From positions 1-41,011 of the IMG/VR virus record IMGVR_UViG_3300017651_000184: a DNA stretch of 41,011 nt; one strand, 5' to 3'. The position numbers and the translations under genes are program-made. The DNA is from a virus (taxonomy: Duplodnaviria; Caudoviricetes). Shown here piece by piece: positions 34,010-41,011 of the stretch (position 1 is its first letter; each line of letters opens with the position of its first letter). The notes beneath the pieces were generated by a model. It saw only the letters and a program-made list of their open reading frames with translations. It had not been told where the DNA came from and did not search any database.

Positions 34010-34747
34010 TCACCGGGCGGTCTGGATGGCCTTGTGGAACTCCTCCTGAAAGCGCTTCGGGTACTCCTTTCGCGCCGTACGGGTGACGGTGTCCACGAAC
34101 GCCAGCCGCCGCTCGAGGCGCGCCAGGGGGGTGAAGAGGAAGAGCACCCGCACGTGCATGTCCCTCGTCTTGCGGGTATCGCGGTCGCTCACGAGGCGCC
34201 GGCCTGCGCCTGGGCGCCGCTTGGTGGCCTTGGCTCCCACCCGCTGATAGATGCCCCCGGATCCGTCTGGGTTCCGGATCATCCATGTGCGACCCCGTCC
34301 CCGATAGACGAAGCGGGCCGTCGCCTGCTTTCCCCCCATCCGCTCGAACAGGTACGACTTCGGACGTTTGTTGCGAGGGATGACCCCCACCCGTAGCCCT
34401 CCCTGGGGCACGGCCAGGCGTGTCCCGGAGAGCGGGTGCTTGTCGCCCCCCGGCTCGTGCTGTGTGAAGACGTCGTTGCGCGCCCCACCGCCCGGTGTCT
34501 CCACGCGGATGATGCCCTTCAGGCGACGCTTGGTCGCCCAGTCGCCCCCGCGGATCTTGATGCTACGGTCGGCGAAGCCCGGCCGGCGCAGGGTGAATGC
34601 GCGCCGCATGTGTTGACGCTGGGCCCGCTGGCCGTCTACCAGCGTCGCGTTGATCGCCTTCGAAGTGGCGAAGGGGATCTGGTCGCGGTAGAGCGAGCGG
34701 AGCGCCTGGGAGACCGGGTCTGTGTGAGCTCGAAAGTGGATGATCAT
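34010..34747 (-). CDS. phage virion/tail completion protein (gpZ-like), basic
   Basis: QIPFATSKAINAT motif, Arg-rich; this family is often found upstream of terminase. Confidence 0.65.
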   Translation of the reverse strand: MIIHFRAHTDPVSQALRSLYRDQIPFATSKAINATLVDGQRAQRQHMRRAFTLRRPGFADRSIKIRGGDWATKRRLKGIIRVETPGGGARNDVFTQHEPGGDKHPLSGTRLAVPQGGLRVGVIPRNKRPKSYLFERMGGKQATARFVYRGRGRTWMIRNPDGSGGIYQRVGAKATKRRPGAGRRLVSDRDTRKTRDMHVRVLFLFTPLARLERRLAFVDTVTRTARKEYPKRFQEEFHKAIQTAR

Positions 34748-34759
34748 CCCCGATCGCCC

Positions 34760-34921
34760 TCAGAGCGACGACGCGCAGAGCGTGCGCGGCGGCCGCGCCT
34801 CGCAGCTCGAGGGGTGGGGCGCGGCCGTGGCCGTCCTCGGCTCCTCCGCCGTCGTGGCGGCATCGCAGGCGATCGCGGTCAGGGCGAGCGGGAGCACGAG
34901 CATCAGGTTTCGAAGCGACAT
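34760..34921 (-). CDS. small lipoprotein (53 aa)
   Basis: MSLRNLMLVLPLALTAIA-C lipobox. Confidence 0.55.
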   Translation of the reverse strand: MSLRNLMLVLPLALTAIACDAATTAEEPRTATAAPHPSSCEARPPRTLCASSL

Positions 34922-34938
34922 GGTCAGTCCATACAGGT

Positions 34939-35412
34939 TCACGTGATGGGCGCGCCCAGCGCCCGAAGTCCGATCGTCAGGTCCTCCACGCTCCACACCG
35001 TCAGCACGTGCCCGCCGGCGGCGCGCTCCGCCGTGTGCCAGGCCTTCTGGTGGCGCGAGAGGGTGTTCGTCCCCGCCTTCACCTCGATCCACACCCGGAG
35101 CCCCCACCGTGGATGCCGCGCGTACCGGTCGGGGATCCCGGGGGTCTGCTTCGACGCACGCGCCTGAGAGAGGCGGGTCACGTCGAAGCCGAACTGCAGG
35201 AGCGCCTGGTCCACCGCGTGCTCGACCCCTTTCTCGGGTTGCCCCCGCGGAGCGGCGGCGGCGCTCCTGGGCTCCTCCTGGGCCTCGACCTCCCCGCGGA
35301 TCCGCCGCGTCAGTTCCTGCCACTCCTCCGAGCCCTCGGCGTAGAACCCCCGCAGCTGCTGCAGCGCGGGCTCCGAGAGCGAGGCGAGGATGGCGGGGGA
35401 GGGGAGCGGCAT
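34939..35412 (-). CDS. VRR-NUC domain nuclease
   Basis: GIPD...WIEVK...LSRHQKAWH...VWSVED. Confidence 0.85.
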   Translation of the reverse strand: MPLPSPAILASLSEPALQQLRGFYAEGSEEWQELTRRIRGEVEAQEEPRSAAAAPRGQPEKGVEHAVDQALLQFGFDVTRLSQARASKQTPGIPDRYARHPRWGLRVWIEVKAGTNTLSRHQKAWHTAERAAGGHVLTVWSVEDLTIGLRALGAPIT

Positions 35413-35442
35413 CGGGCTTTATGCTCCAGAGCATAAAGCCCG
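35413..35442. promoter_or_regulatory. 30-bp inverted repeat containing the 18-bp palindrome
   Basis: CGGGCTTTATGCTC-CA-GAGCATAAAGCCCG; ends immediately before the VRR-NUC start codon. Confidence 0.6.
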
Positions 35443-35619
35443 GAGTTCCGCCGCCATCGCCTTCAGGCGCGCGGGCACCTCGGCGCCGCGTGCGGCCGGA
35501 TGGGGGCCGGTGATCAGCGGTCCCGTCCAGAGCCCAGGCAGCGCCTGCGAGGCGATCTTGCCGAAGGCGAGCACCACGTCGGGCCGCTCCTCGTCGAGGG
35601 CGAGCAGGTGGGCAGGCAT
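35419..35619 (-). CDS. short protein resembling the C-terminal part of a uracil-DNA glycosylase fold (possible remnant)
   Basis: PDVVLAFGKIA...PHPAAR; GGAGG RBS; only 66 aa. Confidence 0.4.
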   Translation of the reverse strand: MPAHLLALDEERPDVVLAFGKIASQALPGLWTGPLITGPHPAARGAEVPARLKAMAAELRALCSGA

Positions 35620-35788
35620 GGTCAGCGCACCTCCTGGTGGAGCTTCCGGTGGACGGCCGAGGCGAGGCCCGGCGCCCTGAAGGCGAGGCGCGCGCGGCGG
35701 CGCTCCACCACCAACCCAATCCACGGCCGCGCCGAGACTTCCGCTGCGCGGGGTGCCTCCGCACCACCAGCCCTCCGTTCAAGGCGCT

Positions 35789-36775
35789 TCAGCATGGGCG
35801 GACCTCCTCCCGGCCGACGAACGGCCGCGCGTCCTCACCGCGAGCCGCCACCCTGCGGAAGCGGCCCAGTCGGCTCACCAGACGGGACAGGTTGTCGGCC
35901 ATCTGCGCGTCTCGGGGATCCACTGCGCCGCCCCGGCCGACCGGCGTGTAGCGATCGAGGAGCTGGTTCGGGTCGGGGTTCTGGGTGACCAGCGTCGGCC
36001 GGGCGACGCGCCGGTTCAGGATCTGGAGCGCGATCCGCACGGTGTCGCTCGACACCTTGTCGCCGAAGAGCTCGTCCACCAGGAGTACGTCGGCGGTGAT
36101 GAGATGCTCGATAAGCGGCCACGTCTGCCCGCCGGCGTCGTACGTATCCTGTACCTTGGTCACGAACTCGCCGAAGTTCACGAACACCACCCCACCCGCT
36201 CCCGGCTGCACCCCGCCCTCCAGGAGCGCCCGCAGCACCAGGTGCGCGAGCGTGGTCTTCGCCGTCCCCGTGTCGCCCCAGAGCAGGAGGTTGCGTACGC
36301 TGGCGTACCGATCAGCCCGGCAGAGCACCTCGTCGGCGAAGGTGCGTGCGGCGTCCCGTGCCACCTCGCGCCCCTCAAAGGCGGCGAAGGCCTCCCAGGT
36401 GTAGCCGCCATACTCCCACGGGTCTCCGCCCGCCTGCTCCACCCGCTCGAGGATCCCCACCTCCTCGGCGCCACGCTTCACCTGGGGGGGGCGGTCGGCG
36501 TCGATCCGCGCCTGAAGCGCGAGGTCCTCCTGGACCCGCTCCGCCTCTGCCGCGGCCCTGCAGGTCGGGCAGTGCTCCGGATCGCCGGTGTCGAGCCTTC
36601 GCTCACCGGCGTACCACCGGGTGTGCACGAACTCCCCTGGCTCGGTCGCGCCCACCGGGTGGAGGCCGCGAACGTCGTCCGGCGCGAAGACGGGCTCCGT
36701 GTGGGTGCACCCGGGGGTCGCGCACTGAAGCCGGGCCGCCTCCTGCCCCACGTGGGTCGCCATCTCGTCGGCCAC
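35789..36775 (-). CDS. DnaC/IstB-like AAA+ helicase loader
   Basis: GDTGTAKT Walker A, LLVDEL Walker B, ILNRR...PTLVT.N; follows the initiator; start approximate. Confidence 0.85.
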   Translation of the reverse strand: MADEMATHVGQEAARLQCATPGCTHTEPVFAPDDVRGLHPVGATEPGEFVHTRWYAGERRLDTGDPEHCPTCRAAAEAERVQEDLALQARIDADRPPQVKRGAEEVGILERVEQAGGDPWEYGGYTWEAFAAFEGREVARDAARTFADEVLCRADRYASVRNLLLWGDTGTAKTTLAHLVLRALLEGGVQPGAGGVVFVNFGEFVTKVQDTYDAGGQTWPLIEHLITADVLLVDELFGDKVSSDTVRIALQILNRRVARPTLVTQNPDPNQLLDRYTPVGRGGAVDPRDAQMADNLSRLVSRLGRFRRVAARGEDARPFVGREEVRPC

Positions 36776-36794
36776 GCTCCGCCGGCGCGGGGCG

Positions 36795-37811
36795 TCAGCC
36801 CTCCGAGGGGAGCTCCACCCGCCGCTCGACCCTCCTCCTCGCTGATGGAGGGGCACCCCCGCCTCCGTCCGCCTTGCGCGCAGCGCGTCCTGCGCCGCTG
36901 CCAGTCCCTCCACCTCCAGAGCTGTTCCTCCGGCCGCGTCCTGCGTTGCGGATGTCATCTGCGCTCTCCTGTACGTAAGCCCGGAAGTGCCTTCCGGTGA
37001 TCGGTTTCCTCGTCAGTGCGAAATCGGACATGGCGGTGCGCAGTGCCCGGCGCCGCTCGTCCGGGTCCAGATCGCGGAGATCGGCGAGGCAGTCGCCGCC
37101 CCCGTCGTTGGGCCCGGTGAAGCCGGGCGGGTGGTACCAGCCCCAGATGTGGGCGGGCCAGTCGTGGGGGTGTTCTGCGGACGCGTCGAGCTGGTCGACG
37201 GCGCCGGAGTCGGAGCCGAGGTAAGCCCGGAGAAGTCCTTCTGCGGGTCCGCGCGTGCGCGCCGGAGGAGTAGGTGGAGGAGTAGTAGTATCTTCTAACC
37301 CCGGATAAGGAGCGCGCGCGTGAGGAGAGGGGTTTGACCCCTTGTTATTTGTGGGGTCAACGTTTGTCCCCCCTCCAGATGTGGGGTTAACGCTTGACCC
37401 CCCTCCCGGTGTGGGTCTAACCGCTCCCCGCGACCCGCTTGACCCCTCGCCCGATGTGGGGTCAACGGGGCTTATCCCCTCGTCTCCTGTGGGGTCAATC
37501 CCGCTTGACCCCCCTCCGGATGTGGGGGCAAATTCGTATGCCGGGGGCTTCCCCTGGCCCGTGTGCGGGTCCTGGTGGATGTACCGGCGGACCTTCAGCT
37601 CCCTGATCTTCCGACGCACCGTCTCCTCCGACGGGGCGCCGGGAAGGAGCCGGACGAACTCGTCGTGCGCGATGAGGTGGCGCCCCTCTCCGCGCGCGAA
37701 GATCGCCCATCCGATGACCCGCGCCTCCGCGGAGAGGGCAGCGTTCGCCATCATCTCCGCGGCGATGTCCGCCCGGCGCCGGCGTTCGGCCCTGCGTTGC
37801 GCGTCCGTCAC
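36795..37811 (-). CDS. phage replication initiator (lambda O-like architecture)
   Basis: N-terminal wHTH (LSAEARVIG...SEETVRRKIRELKVRRYI), central iteron-encoded linker, upstream of the loader. Confidence 0.8.
   Translation of the reverse strand: MTDAQRRAERRRRADIAAEMMANAALSAEARVIGWAIFARGEGRHLIAHDEFVRLLPGAPSEETVRRKIRELKVRRYIHQDPHTGQGKPPAYEFAPTSGGGSSGIDPTGDEGISPVDPTSGEGSSGSRGAVRPTPGGGSSVNPTSGGGTNVDPTNNKGSNPSPHARAPYPGLEDTTTPPPTPPARTRGPAEGLLRAYLGSDSGAVDQLDASAEHPHDWPAHIWGWYHPPGFTGPNDGGGDCLADLRDLDPDERRRALRTAMSDFALTRKPITGRHFRAYVQESADDIRNAGRGRRNSSGGGGTGSGAGRAARKADGGGGAPPSARRRVERRVELPSEG
37334..37531. repeat. six 27-bp iterons (replication origin)
   Basis: Consensus TTGACCCC-N8-TGTGGGGTCAA at 37334, 37364, 37394, 37439, 37472 and 37505. 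Confidence 0.85.
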
Positions 37812-37898
37812 CGCAGGGCCGCAAGCGGAAGGAGCGAGGCGTGCACCTCCGTATCCCGGTGCCCGCCAAATCGACGATGCGGGGCGATCACCACGCGC

Positions 37899-38417
37899 TC
37901 ACGCAGCCGCGACATAGCTCTCCATCTCCCGCTGGATGCGGTCGTGGTCGTCCGGGTGCAGGGCCCACAAGTGGCGCGGATTGCAGCAGAGCGTGCGGCG
38001 GTGGCGCACGGTGCAGGTGTGGTGGACCTCGTAGCCCTCGGGGATCGGGCCGATGGCGAGTTCGTGGACGTAGCGGTGGACCAGCAGGCAGCCGCCGCGG
38101 CGGCTGCGCCAGACCTTGCCGTAGGGGACGCGCCGGCTCTGGCCGGCCAACACCACGGCGCCGGTCCAGTACCAGCAACCATCCTCTGCCTCGGCGTCGA
38201 CCTTGGCCGCGAGCAGGGGGTCTAGGCGCCAGAGATCGGCGAGGACGATCGGGGCGTCCGGGTCCTCGGGCGGCGGGGGGAGGTCCGCCCAGGAGGGTGG
38301 GGGAGGGGAGCTTGGGGCGTGCGGAGGTACTACCGATGCGCTCCAGGGCAACACGAGCGCCCCCGCGTCCGACTGGACGGGGGGGGGTGAATCGAGGAGC
38401 GCAATAGAGTGTAACAC
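37899..38417 (-). CDS. HNH endonuclease
   Basis: GCWYWTGA...YG...VHRYVHE...GPIPEG..VHHTC...CCNPRHL; start uncertain. Confidence 0.85.
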   Translation of the reverse strand: MLHSIALLDSPPPVQSDAGALVLPWSASVVPPHAPSSPPPPSWADLPPPPEDPDAPIVLADLWRLDPLLAAKVDAEAEDGCWYWTGAVVLAGQSRRVPYGKVWRSRRGGCLLVHRYVHELAIGPIPEGYEVHHTCTVRHRRTLCCNPRHLWALHPDDHDRIQREMESYVAAA

Positions 38418-38586
38418 GCCGGTTTCCGCCGTTGAGCGTATGCTGTCAACGGCGCTGTCAACCGCGCTGTCAATCGACGGGAATTTCTTGCGGACCGACC
38501 CAACGCTACAGGCGGCAGGTTGCGCACACCACCTGGGTTATTCGTTGGTTGCGTCCGCAGTGGGTAGTCGGGATTCCCCCGGGGTT

Positions 38587-38633
38587 CACGCCTGATAAGC
38601 GTGAGGTCGGTAGTTCGACTCTACCCAGGCCCA
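38587..38633 (+). other. 3' half of tRNA-Ile(GAT), att core
   Basis: CACGC-CTGATAA-GCGTG anticodon arm, GGTAG-TTCGACT-CTACC T-arm, CAGGCCCA acceptor strand; no 5' half upstream. Confidence 0.88.
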
Positions 38634-38648
38634 CTAGATCTAAGTGAT

Positions 38649-38684
38649 AGCCCCGGTGCCATTTAAATGGTGTCGGGGCTTTCG
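38649..38684 (+). terminator. terminator hairpin after the tRNA core
   Basis: AGCCCCGGTGCCAT-TTAA-ATGGTGTCGGGGCT (imperfect stem) followed by a T-rich tail. Confidence 0.6.
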
Positions 38685-38740
38685 CTTGTTTCTACCTCTG
38701 CACCCTCAGGTGTCAATTGCGGTGTCAATTGGGCCCGGTT

Positions 38741-39958
38741 TCAGGCCGCCGGCCGTCCGAGGCGCCGCACCGCCTCCTGCATCTCATCGAACGAGACTTC
38801 ATCGTAGACCCGCCGCAACGTCTCGTGGTTGGTCCCGGTCAACGCCTCCTGTACCTTCGGCGGCAGCTCCCGGAACTCCCTGCGTCGAACTCCCGCACGC
38901 TTCTGGCCGTGAAACCCCAGCCCCTTCACGTCCACCCCGGCCCGCTCCTTCGCGCGCTGTAGCCACAGGTTCAGCACGTGGATGGAAACCGGCTGGCTCG
39001 GGTCCTCCTCGGCCGGGATCAACCAGGGGCTCCCCGGCACCCGCGGCGCCGCCTGGATGGCCGCCAGCGCCCGCGGAGTGAGCGGGGTAACGGCCTCGAT
39101 TCCGTTCTTGTCGTACTCCCCCCGCCAGGTCACCGCCCCCGCCCACAGGTCCAAATCCGCGAGCGCGATCTGACGCACGCTGTTCCTGCGGTGGATCGTC
39201 TCCCGGCACAGCTCCATCACCAGCGAGAAGCGCCAATTCGGCGAGTGCGTCAACAACGCTTCGTGCTGCTCTTCGGTCATGCTCGGGCGGTTGGGGTTCT
39301 TCTCCCGCGGCATCACCATCCCCTGCGCCTTGCGGCGCTCCCGGCTCCACGGATTCTTGGCGACGTGGTGCGGGTCCCCTTCGTTCGCTCCCTCGGCCCA
39401 GGACAGCACGGCGATCAGGAACTTCACATCGTACTCGATCACCCGATCCCGCACCGGGCCCAGACCCGCGATCTTCCCCGCCCGGCGCTCCGTGACGAAC
39501 TCGTCCCAATCCTTCCGGTCCAGCGATCCGGGCGCCCGCTCGGAACGGCGCTTCGGATCAGCGCGACCGTCGAAGAATTCCAGGAACATCGAAGCCGCGC
39601 GCCGGTCGTGGGCCTGCTTCCCCTTGCTCTTGCTCGGTGTCACTTCCGCGTGATAGAGGCGGATGAGGCGCCGGAGGGTGAGGACGACAGGGGCGGCGAC
39701 CATCTGGCCGAAGCGGTCGGCCAGGTCGTCGGCCTGGCGCTTCGCCTTCGTGCGGTCCCGGTGCCCGGTGGACATGCGCTTGCGGCGTTCCGCGGGCGCT
39801 CCTGTCTTGGGGTCCGGCACCGGCTGCCCTTCGTCGTCCAGGACGGGCTCTCTCCATTCCAGGAAGATGATCCCGCCCTTCCCCTTCTCGTAGGCGCGGA
39901 CCCAGTTCCGGCCGCGCTCCCCGGCGTTGTAGCTCCAGCATTCTTTCTTCTGTGCCAT
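38741..39958 (-). CDS. int: tyrosine recombinase/integrase
   Basis: ETIHRRNSVRQI (R), YDKNG (K), GFHGQKR, C-terminal RRVYD (Y); next to the att site; ATG at 39958 with GGAG RBS. Confidence 0.85.
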   Translation of the reverse strand: MAQKKECWSYNAGERGRNWVRAYEKGKGGIIFLEWREPVLDDEGQPVPDPKTGAPAERRKRMSTGHRDRTKAKRQADDLADRFGQMVAAPVVLTLRRLIRLYHAEVTPSKSKGKQAHDRRAASMFLEFFDGRADPKRRSERAPGSLDRKDWDEFVTERRAGKIAGLGPVRDRVIEYDVKFLIAVLSWAEGANEGDPHHVAKNPWSRERRKAQGMVMPREKNPNRPSMTEEQHEALLTHSPNWRFSLVMELCRETIHRRNSVRQIALADLDLWAGAVTWRGEYDKNGIEAVTPLTPRALAAIQAAPRVPGSPWLIPAEEDPSQPVSIHVLNLWLQRAKERAGVDVKGLGFHGQKRAGVRRREFRELPPKVQEALTGTNHETLRRVYDEVSFDEMQEAVRRLGRPAA

Positions 39959-39962
39959 CGTT

Positions 39963-40191
39963 TCAGTCTCCAGAAACGACGGCACGCGCAACCTGCACCC
40001 GCGAATTTACGCCATTCCGCGCATGCAGCACAAGTATTTCGGTCGCAAGGGGATGAGTCGGCTTGCGGGGTAACTCCGAAGCGATGAAGGCAGGGGCGGC
40101 TTCCGTCCCCACGTTGCGGAGCTGGCCGGAGCGGAAGAGGCGCCGGAGGTGGCCGTGCGTGTAGCCCGAGAGGCGGACCGCGCCGGCGAAG
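39963..40191 (-). pseudogene. excisionase-like HTH gene, 5'-truncated
   Basis: FAGAVRLSGYTHGHLRRLFRSGQLRNVG...ELPRKP; upstream sequence is replaced by an istB fragment. Confidence 0.65.
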
Positions 40192-40413
40192 TCCACCACT
40201 GCCACATCCTCTCCATCCGCGGCAACAGCTTCCGGATGCGGCATCACGCCGAGCTCTGGCACTCACTCCAGGGGGACTCGGCCTCCGCCTCGTCTCCCAA
40301 GCAGAGGGGCCGGAGAACAACCCGGGAGGGAACGACGTCCTGAGGCTCGTCCCCTCTGCCAGGTGGGACATTTTCAACCGCCGGACCTGGGACACTTTCG
40401 CCCGCCATTGACA
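40192..40413 (+). mobile_element. IS21-family remnant: istB 3' end and right terminal repeat
   Basis: HHCHILSIRGNSFRMR is an IstB C-terminal motif; the end 40362-40413 has tandem TGGGACA.TTTC...CGCC repeats terminating in TTGACA. Confidence 0.8.
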
Positions 40414-40507
40414 GCTTGCGGGCGGGGTGATACGAAATCCGTGCAAAAGGGTGAGGGATGCAGTAGAGTCGAGGGAGGAGCCGCTCTCCCTCGACTTGGA
40501 GGCACCC

Positions 40508-41011
40508 ATGTCGAAGCGCATCGAGTTGAAGGCACACCTGAGCACGGACGAGTTGTACACGCGCTACCGCTCCACGAAGGACACAGTGGAGCGAGCCCGC
40601 TGGCAGGCGTTGTGGATGCTCTCGCAGGGGATCTACCGGGAAGAGGTGGCCCAGCGCCTGGGCTATAGCGCAGAATGGGTGCGCCGCGTCGCTGCTCGCT
40701 ACAATGCCGGGGTGGAACGGATCGCCGACGGGCGGCACACGAACGGCGGTCATGGCCGGCTGCTCGATGAGGAGCAGTTCCAGGCATTGGAGCGTGCGCT
40801 GGAGAAGCCGTGCACCGACGGGACGCCCTGGAGTGGACCCAAGGTGGCACGCTGGATGAGCGAGAAGCTGGGCCGGGCCGTGGCGGCGCAGCGCGGCTGG
40901 GACTATCTGCGCCGTGCAGGGCAGACCCCGCAGCGCCCCCGGCCCCAGCATCAGGGTGCCGACCCCGAGGCGCAGTCCTGCTTTCAAGCGAGTCCTTCCC
41001 CGCGCGTTTGA
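40508..41011 (+). CDS. IS630-family transposase, N-terminal HTH ORF (element probably starts at TA 40431)
   Basis: ERARWQALWMLSQG...EVAQRLGYSAEWVRR...WSGPKVARW...GWDYLRRAG..PQRPRP; GGAGG RBS; DDE part not in the window. Confidence 0.85.
   Translation: MSKRIELKAHLSTDELYTRYRSTKDTVERARWQALWMLSQGIYREEVAQRLGYSAEWVRRVAARYNAGVERIADGRHTNGGHGRLLDEEQFQALERALEKPCTDGTPWSGPKVARWMSEKLGRAVAAQRGWDYLRRAGQTPQRPRPQHQGADPEAQSCFQASPSPRV

Larger units (their letters stand above)
10366..38633 (-). mobile_element. lambda-like siphovirus prophage core (probably extends left through the cargo region beyond position 1)
   Basis: Complete colinear replication-packaging-head-tail gene set ending at an att core. Confidence 0.92.
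38442..38730. other. attP-like site: arm repeats, tRNA core, arm repeats
   Basis: TGTCAA direct repeats with 12-bp period at 38444/38456/38468 and 38711/38723 flank the tRNA fragment; adjacent to the integrase. Confidence 0.8.

Noticed and set aside
35413-35442. Protelomerase (tel) or dif site
   Set aside because: Too short, multi-copy, no protelomerase gene, and half-site orientation does not match the XerC/XerD dif layout.
35789-36775. IstB of an IS21 element
   Set aside because: No istA; it sits directly after an iteron-bearing initiator, so it is the phage helicase loader.
37334-37531. CRISPR-like array
   Set aside because: Units nearly abut (3-18 bp gaps), are degenerate, lie in a coding frame, and there are no cas genes; better explained as iterons.
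38444-38473. TTGACA copies (minus strand) as -35 boxes or an IS21 left end
   Set aside because: No properly spaced -10, no IS21 internal repeat pattern, and a 12-bp periodicity mirrored across the core; fits integrase arm sites.
38560-38636. Complete tRNA-Ile gene
   Set aside because: No 5' acceptor strand (GGGCCTG) or D-arm upstream; only the 3' half is present.

Overview
High-GC window dominated by a lambda-like (GpA terminase, probable cos) siphovirus on the minus strand, from about 10.4 to 38.5 kb. Gene order is HNH, replication initiator with six internal iterons, DnaC-like loader, VRR-NUC, terminases, portal, a fused S49 protease/major capsid ORF, tail genes and a holin-like/DUF1353 end. 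At 38.4-38.7 kb lies an attP-like site: the 3' half of tRNA-Ile(GAT) with arm repeats on both sides. It is followed by a tyrosine integrase, an excisionase-like gene truncated by an IS21 remnant, and an IS630 ORF. The left 10 kb is an accessory block of defence-like genes and membrane/lipoproteins. It opens with the most interesting module: a TPR protein with a degenerate ImmA/IrrE-like N-terminus, convergent with two paralogous small lipoprotein-type pro-peptides, a candidate Rap/Phr- or arbitrium-like signalling system. Two non-coding signals also stand out. One is a pair of late-region terminators sharing a covarying bulged GACA hairpin, one of them directly upstream of a Com-like zinc-ribbon gene. 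The other is an 18-bp palindrome present three times. The gene style suggests a Gemmatimonadota-like host (inference only). All family calls come from motif recognition by eye; no searches were run.
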